In this document: positions 58,353-64,000 of the stretch, in pieces | How positions within the stretch are numbered: position 1 is the stretch's first letter | Layout: the number at the start of each line of letters is the position of its first letter | Assembly (NCBI GenBank): GCA_044226015.1 | Contig: JBGAHS010000008.1 | Coordinates: 96,001-160,000, forward strand | DNA length: 64,000 nt | From: Candidatus Obscuribacteraceae bacterium | GTDB lineage: Bacteria; Cyanobacteriota; Vampirovibrionia; Obscuribacterales; Obscuribacteraceae | Direction of reading: 5' to 3' | Made by a program: the position numbers and the translations under genes | The notes under the pieces: model-generated | Databases searched by the model: none | Told to the model about the DNA's origin: nothing | The model's input: only the letters and a program-made list of their open reading frames with translations

Positions 58353-60125
58353 CTATTTCTTCCGCTTAAGGGCAAGCACCTGACCGGGGAAAAGACTCTT
58401 AAAGGGATGCCGAGAGACCAGCTCGTAATCTGGAATCAATGACCACGCTACCAGATATTCTTCTCCATTAATCGGCCAGAAACGGAAAGCATGAAACTTG
58501 CCTCGATATTTCTGGGGATATTCACAAGCACCTTTCTCTGCCGACAATTTGGAAAACAAACTGTAATCAGTCATGAAATCGTACTGCCAACCAGCATCGA
58601 TGTCGCGTGGATTTGCACCAGCTGCTTCCAGAGACCTAATTGCCGCCGCTTGAGCCCGGTGAGTAGCCATAGAATCTTGCTGCACTATGAGGGTGTATGC
58701 GGCAGTGAGAATGAGAGGCAGTATTGAACAAAAAACAAATGACTTATTGCTCAATTTACGCGTATAAATTGCTATCGCCATTAGTACCGGAATGAAAGCC
58801 ATCAGGTAGTAGCGATCCATATCACGAACAGTCACCTGCAGTATGGTTGCACCGAGTCCCACCAGCGCGACAAGAGATGCAAACAAAGCAACGCGAGAAG
58901 TTTTGCTCAATACTGGACTGAACTTGTACTTCCACATACGACGCAGAGAAAGCAGCAGCGAATCGGTGAGTGCAGTTAGCGTTATGAATCCTGTAATAGC
59001 AACAAAACCGGTTAGCCAGGCTCCGATTTGAGCCTTTTGATCCATCAAAATTACAAGGGGTCTATTACCCAGGAAGATAGGTAAATTGAACCAGGGAAGC
59101 TGCACCATGTTCGTGTTAAACGGCATCAGCGAAGTTTGAACAATAACCAGCGTGTAGAGAGACCAGGTGACAATAGCAAAGGACGTTAGCATCGCGATTT
59201 TGGAAATCGCCTTTTTGACTTTCCACTCTTTCAACAGCAGCGGAACTATCGCTGGCATGCAAAACAGCGAGAGGTAAAAACTCAGCTGCCCAGTCATGGT
59301 GACTATGCGCGAAATCAAATTGCCAGGATGCACACGAGCATCATCAATAATTCCCTGCATTGTCACAGCATTGAATTGAAGCACGAGAGCGCACAGAGCA
59401 TCTTGCTTCATCAACGAAGTCAAAAGCAAAGCGAGCACTACAGGTAGCACCACTCCAAGCGCTTGAACGAGACGCTGTTTTTTCGAAACAAAAGGAAAAG
59501 ACACTAGATTCACAGCAGCGAATGCCGCATTGCTTTGCCTGACAGCAACGGAAGCGCAGAGGGAAAGAAGGGCAAGCCAGGTAAGGTTGCCTCGCTCAGG
59601 ATTTCGCAATGACTTTACAGAGAAAAGAAAGTAGAGCGTCAAGAACAGCTGCGAGGTGACATCGGTCATAAAAGTGAAAGAGAGCGCAAAGACGTAGGGG
59701 TTCAAGACAATCGCCATGGTCAGTGCCACTGACTTCACGCGACTGAGTCCTAGCTCAAGGAATAGATAATAAGCAGCGACTGCAGCGCTGAGACTTAAAA
59801 AGAGTTCCGTACAGCGCAAAACTTCAAAGTTTACGCCGAAGAGAGCGCAGCTCGCAGCACCAATGAGAATGTGCAAATAGCAGCTTGCTGTGCTGCCCTG
59901 CAAAAACAATTGTCCAGTTTGCAGAAAGTCTTTCACCGACTTCATATAGACGAAATCGTCGTTAATCGGGAAATCGCCTCGCACGCCGCCAACGATCAAG
60001 ACCGCCACAACTAAAATCGCGCCAATAGTAAGTAGTGCGGGCAGATCAGCCTTTGCAGAATGGCGCTCAGTCGAGCTACTGCTTGATGAAAATGTATTCA
60101 GTTTGCTCGCGTTTGCTGTCGTCAC
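58353..60125 (-). CDS. GT-C fold membrane glycosyltransferase (ArnT/PMT_2-like), paralog B
   Basis: DFPINDD, FMTDV, RQ, DRY, IDAGWQY and RFWP motifs. Confidence 0.8.
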   Translation of the reverse strand: MTTANASKLNTFSSSSSSTERHSAKADLPALLTIGAILVVAVLIVGGVRGDFPINDDFVYMKSVKDFLQTGQLFLQGSTASCYLHILIGAASCALFGVNFEVLRCTELFLSLSAAVAAYYLFLELGLSRVKSVALTMAIVLNPYVFALSFTFMTDVTSQLFLTLYFLFSVKSLRNPERGNLTWLALLSLCASVAVRQSNAAFAAVNLVSFPFVSKKQRLVQALGVVLPVVLALLLTSLMKQDALCALVLQFNAVTMQGIIDDARVHPGNLISRIVTMTGQLSFYLSLFCMPAIVPLLLKEWKVKKAISKIAMLTSFAIVTWSLYTLVIVQTSLMPFNTNMVQLPWFNLPIFLGNRPLVILMDQKAQIGAWLTGFVAITGFITLTALTDSLLLSLRRMWKYKFSPVLSKTSRVALFASLVALVGLGATILQVTVRDMDRYYLMAFIPVLMAIAIYTRKLSNKSFVFCSILPLILTAAYTLIVQQDSMATHRAQAAAIRSLEAAGANPRDIDAGWQYDFMTDYSLFSKLSAEKGACEYPQKYRGKFHAFRFWPINGEEYLVAWSLIPDYELVSRHPFKSLFPGQVLALKRKK

Positions 60126-60377
60126 AACACTGCTCTCATACTAAGCAGATGATAGTTAGTATTTGCCAAGAGTTCATTAGGCGCATCTTACGGTCGTTTG
60201 AACAATAGGTCACAGGACTACTGATCCCAGGAATTCGGCTTTGCAGAACCCTTCAAGCGTGCACTTTTCATAGCAACGATTGTTCTGGCTGGGTCGTGTC
60301 CTTCAAAGTAATTTATTAGAGCTAATAAACACAGAGAGAAATTAGTTTCAGCTCGTCAACTGCATAATCGAAGACGC

Positions 60378-62168
60378 TCAAGGACTATCAAGCGGAAGCT
60401 CAGACTGAAGGACTAAGACGCTGCGAGAACGCCATCTCAGAGTATTCCAACACCTGAATTCAGCTATCGTTCTGTAACCTTTAATTGGTGAACAGGAAAT
60501 AATGTAGTAATCGCGGTTGACAGGCCACCAGCGTAATTTTGCTCTCTCTGGTCCACCGCATCGTGATTCCGGCCATTTCCTCGTCTTTAGATCTGCTCCA
60601 CTGATGCAGTCGTTGCCACCGTGTTCGAAGTTGTATTCCTGTCCACCGTCAACAAGTAGAGGGTCAACCCCTTTTTGCTCGAGAAATCGAAGAGCGTCCC
60701 ACTGTGCGCGGTTCAAATTCATTGTGTCATTTAAGCAGAGCACTGAATACACAGCCGAAGCAACAAGCAAAAGAGCAGAAACTGCTCGCACCAGACGCGA
60801 GCTGGCAAGCTGCTGATTCAGCCAGGCTACACTCAAACAGAGTGGGAACCAAACAATCGTCACGTATCTGTCGAGCCCGATAATGGAGAGCTGCACAAGC
60901 GTTGCAAGTGTTCCGAATAAAAACACGGCCGCGAGAAAATTCCCTTGCTTGCATTCCTTGGACGAGGTAACAGAATCATTTTGATTAGGTGTTCTCTTAG
61001 CGGCGAATAATGCTAAAGCGAAATAGCTCACTGAAAACGCGAGCATAAATGCAGCTGCAATTGATACATAAGCAAGCGTTTTAAGATGTTTGACAGGCCA
61101 GATCTGTTCTGCACCAATTATCTGATAGGTTCCCACGTAAGGCGGGGAGAATAGGTTTTGAAAAAACGGGAACGAGTGCCCATGCACAAACAAAAGCACC
61201 GAAAGTGGTATCACTGTTAATGTCAGAGAAACAAAAGCAGAAATCAAAACTCGTTGCCTGCTTAGCCCTTCAATTTTCAGGGCAAGCAGCAATAGAAGTG
61301 GCACAGTAAGCGGCACTGCCAACAAACCAAGAACCGCAAAAAATTCTGAAAGTGTAAACACAAAGGTAAGTGGTGAGAGCAAATTCAGCAGGCTCGGCAT
61401 CACACCATTTGTGTAATTCTCCAGACAAACCGTTCGTATCAAACAAGACTTCAACCAGCTCTGCATCACAAGATAAGCAGCGGCAGGTACCGTTACAGCG
61501 AACAGCGCAAATGCAACACGGCTTTGTAATCTCGGGAAGCTGGGCACAGCACATAGCAAAACCGCAGGCAAGAAAGCAAGAAAATTCTGCCTGGTAACAA
61601 TCGCGCAGACAAGGAAAGCAAGTCCTATGTACCAGTTTTTGCGTTGCTGTGACTTGATCGCACGCAAACAGAAAAAGAGAAACCAATTTGTGAAAGCTAG
61701 CGCGGGAATGTCTGACATGAAGGTGCTAGTTAGATTTAGAATAAACGGGCTTAGCATTGAGATAGCAGTAAACAATGCACTATCCAAAGGCTTGGAACCT
61801 AACTCGCGCAAGGAAAGATACATTGGTATCGTCCCGAATAATGCGAATCCAAAAGTGAGCAAGCGCAGATGGTCGTAGGAGAATCCGACTAAAGAACAAA
61901 CTGCTGCACCGAGGTGAAGAGGAATAAAATTAAAAGCATTGGTTACTAAAATCTTTGTGACGCCGGTCTCCACCAGGCTTCGCACGGCAGTTCCGTAAAT
62001 CATGTCATCATTGATGGGGAAGTCGCCCCAGGGACCAGCCAGAAAAAAACAAAAAGCGAAAAGCGCCAACGCAGAAGCGAGGTACAGCCAGTCGCCTGGG
62101 TGCCTTTCAGAAGCCAAAGAAGCTTTCGGCTCTGAACTTGCTGCTCTATTTTCTATGATCGAATCCAT
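60378..62168 (-). CDS. GT-C fold membrane glycosyltransferase (ArnT/PMT_2-like), paralog C
   Basis: DFPINDD, FMSDIP, RQ, PPYVG, DRY, VDGGQEYN and RWWP motifs. Confidence 0.8.
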   Translation of the reverse strand: MDSIIENRAASSEPKASLASERHPGDWLYLASALALFAFCFFLAGPWGDFPINDDMIYGTAVRSLVETGVTKILVTNAFNFIPLHLGAAVCSLVGFSYDHLRLLTFGFALFGTIPMYLSLRELGSKPLDSALFTAISMLSPFILNLTSTFMSDIPALAFTNWFLFFCLRAIKSQQRKNWYIGLAFLVCAIVTRQNFLAFLPAVLLCAVPSFPRLQSRVAFALFAVTVPAAAYLVMQSWLKSCLIRTVCLENYTNGVMPSLLNLLSPLTFVFTLSEFFAVLGLLAVPLTVPLLLLLALKIEGLSRQRVLISAFVSLTLTVIPLSVLLFVHGHSFPFFQNLFSPPYVGTYQIIGAEQIWPVKHLKTLAYVSIAAAFMLAFSVSYFALALFAAKRTPNQNDSVTSSKECKQGNFLAAVFLFGTLATLVQLSIIGLDRYVTIVWFPLCLSVAWLNQQLASSRLVRAVSALLLVASAVYSVLCLNDTMNLNRAQWDALRFLEQKGVDPLLVDGGQEYNFEHGGNDCISGADLKTRKWPESRCGGPERAKLRWWPVNRDYYIISCSPIKGYRTIAEFRCWNTLRWRSRSVLVLQSELPLDSP

Positions 62169-62380
62169 TACGTTCGTACCAATTAAGTCTCATATTCTAG
62201 AACATGAAGTCATTTTGACCCTTTATGTATTTTCACTCATTTCGCCAGAGGCTGAACGCGTGCGCCTCGCAGCCTGCATTTCCGGACGATCTAGATTACA
62301 GCTAACGCAAAAATGATTTAACCGAACGGTTTCTTATGGGAATTTAGCGTAATATTTACTCGGCTTCCCTACTGGTCATC

Positions 62381-63307
62381 GTGAGAAAACCAACAGTTTC
62401 AATAGTGCTACCAGTCTTTCGATGCGCTCCATTCGTCGAGCGCCTTGCGACTCGCGTCGAGAATACACTGGACTCCGAGAACTATCAATACGAATTGATT
62501 TTTGTCGATGATCGAGGCGACGACAGAGATTGGAGCATTTTGCAAGAACTTTCATCAAGTCACAAAAAACTGCGAGCCTTCAGACATCGTGCAAACAGTG
62601 GGCAGTCCGCTTCTATTGCCACGGGCGTCGCGAAAGCACAAGGCGAATACGTCGTAGTGATGGATGCAGACTTGCAAGATCCACCGGAGGAAATTCCGCG
62701 CTTTCTTCAATTCGCAATAAATGGCAAATACGATATTGTTTTGTCCGTAAGAAACGAGCGAAAGACGAGCGCATTTCGCTCTGTCGCCAGTACGCTCTAT
62801 CGAAAACTATTTCCAATTTACAGCAGAATTCCAAACGGAAATTACTACGGCATGTTTTCGGTGATGTCGCGAAAAGTGGTGCCTCAATACCTTGCGTGCG
62901 TTCCGCAAAATCGCAGTTCTTACATCAAAGTTTTAGATCGTCTTAGCAAAAACATCGGTCTCATTTATTATGCGCAAGAGGCTCGTATAGAAAACGAAAG
63001 CTCCTATTCGCTAATCAAGCTGTTAGCGGTGTCAGTAAATGGTATTGGTCAGGAGTTTTTCGCCAAGCTTCTCAAGACTAGCTTGCTGCTGATTTTGCTT
63101 GTCGTACTCGGTGCAGCTAATCAGTACGCCGCAAACCAAAGCATAACCGCCGCGCTTGCGCTGCCTCTATCTCTAGCGACGGTTTCAGCAGCATTCGCAT
63201 TTTACGCGCTAACTCTGATCAAAAAAGTTGTTCCAGACAGCAGTGTCGAGATAGTTGAAACCATTAATGCCTCGAAGTCTCCTTTCAAACAGAAATCTAA
63301 GGTCTGA
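62381..63307 (+). CDS. GT2 polyprenyl-phosphate glycosyltransferase (GtrB/ArnC-like)
   Basis: SIVLPV, ELIFVDD, NSGQSA.I..G and VVMDADLQDPPEEIP motifs; two C-terminal TM helices. Confidence 0.88.
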   Translation: MRKPTVSIVLPVFRCAPFVERLATRVENTLDSENYQYELIFVDDRGDDRDWSILQELSSSHKKLRAFRHRANSGQSASIATGVAKAQGEYVVVMDADLQDPPEEIPRFLQFAINGKYDIVLSVRNERKTSAFRSVASTLYRKLFPIYSRIPNGNYYGMFSVMSRKVVPQYLACVPQNRSSYIKVLDRLSKNIGLIYYAQEARIENESSYSLIKLLAVSVNGIGQEFFAKLLKTSLLLILLVVLGAANQYAANQSITAALALPLSLATVSAAFAFYALTLIKKVVPDSSVEIVETINASKSPFKQKSKV

Positions 63308-63312
63308 TCGGA

Positions 63313-64000
63313 ATGCTGACCACTGTAATAACGCAATCCAATTACATTCCATGGAAGGGCTACTTCGATCAAATTGCAATGGCTGATGTATTCGTGCTGC
63401 TCGATTCTGTGCAATACACGAGGAGAGACTGGCGCAACCGTAATCTAATCAAGACACCGACAGGACCGCGGTGGTTGAGCGTGCCGCTTGAAACTAAAGG
63501 GCACTATAAATCAGAAATCAATAAAATGCGTGTTTCAGATCCTCACTGGTGGCAGAGTCATCTTTCAACACTGCGCTTTTACTATCGATCGGCACCTTAC
63601 TTCGAGCAATATGAACCGATAATACGCGGGTGGTATGAAGAAGTCGGAGATTTAGAGCTTCTAAGCGATATCAATCGAGTACTTTTGACGCGGATATGTG
63701 AGCATTTGGGAATTAAGACAGAGTTTCGCAGCGACAGCGAATTTGATCTCGTCGAAGGCAAATCAAAACGCCTTATTTCGATTTGCCAACAACTAAAAGC
63801 GACCCACTATTTGGCCGGTCCGCGGTCACAAGGTTACCTTGACGTGAAAGCGTTCGAAGATTGTGGCATTGGAGTTGGCTGGCTCGATTATTCAGATTAT
63901 CCAGCATACGAACAGCTCTTCGCGCCTTTTGAGCACGCGGTCTCCATCATGGATTTACTTTTCAGTGTTGGTCATGAGGCGCCTGGATTGATGAAATTCA
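63313..64000 (+). CDS. WbqC-family protein (putative glycyl transferase), 3'-truncated by the window edge
   Basis: Absent from the ORF track because it has no stop in the window. Translates as MLTTVITQSNYIPWKGYFDQIAMADVFVLLDSVQYTRRDWRNRNLIKT..W LSVP ... SIMDLLF, the WbqC signature. Confidence 0.9.
   Translation, partial: MLTTVITQSNYIPWKGYFDQIAMADVFVLLDSVQYTRRDWRNRNLIKTPTGPRWLSVPLETKGHYKSEINKMRVSDPHWWQSHLSTLRFYYRSAPYFEQYEPIIRGWYEEVGDLELLSDINRVLLTRICEHLGIKTEFRSDSEFDLVEGKSKRLISICQQLKATHYLAGPRSQGYLDVKAFEDCGIGVGWLDYSDYPAYEQLFAPFEHAVSIMDLLFSVGHEAPGLMKF

Noticed and set aside
60312..60329. AT-rich palindromes as operators (TTTATTAGAGCTAATAAA; also TGTAACTCTTACA at 49519)
   Set aside because: Single occurrences with no shared consensus and no regulator gene nearby.

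Overview
Bacterial chromosomal window. The gene repertoire suggests a non-photosynthetic cyanobacterial relative (Melainabacteria/Obscuribacterales-like); this taxonomy is inferred, not established. About 1-17 kb is a mix of housekeeping and envelope genes: a copper-ligand-less multicopper-oxidase-like gene, matrixin, CPA1 antiporter, GHL10 hydrolase, Ser/Thr kinase, icd, CaCA exchanger and an esterase. From ~17 kb to the right edge is a very large cell-surface glycan-modification locus. It contains five YfhO-family and four ArnT/PMT-like GT-C glycosyltransferases, Wzm/Wzt, a GtrB/ArnC-like GT2, WbqC, and two paralogous small membrane proteins that each precede a YfhO gene. It also carries a carbamoylation module: an SGNH protein, a NodU/SxtI-type O-carbamoyltransferase and a fused SxtJ-SxtK membrane protein, divergent from a carB whose allosteric domain looks degenerate and which is followed after 14 nt by a YfhO gene. 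The SxtJ-K fusion ends in LIYTLF, which resembles the DltX/AlgI/PatA tyrosine acyl-shuttle motif. This suggests an undescribed trans-membrane carbamoyl relay for envelope glycans and is the top finding (an inference). A 2812-aa beta-helical adhesin-like gene and a Sel1-like gene interrupt the locus. No rRNA, tRNA, CRISPR array or transposase was seen.
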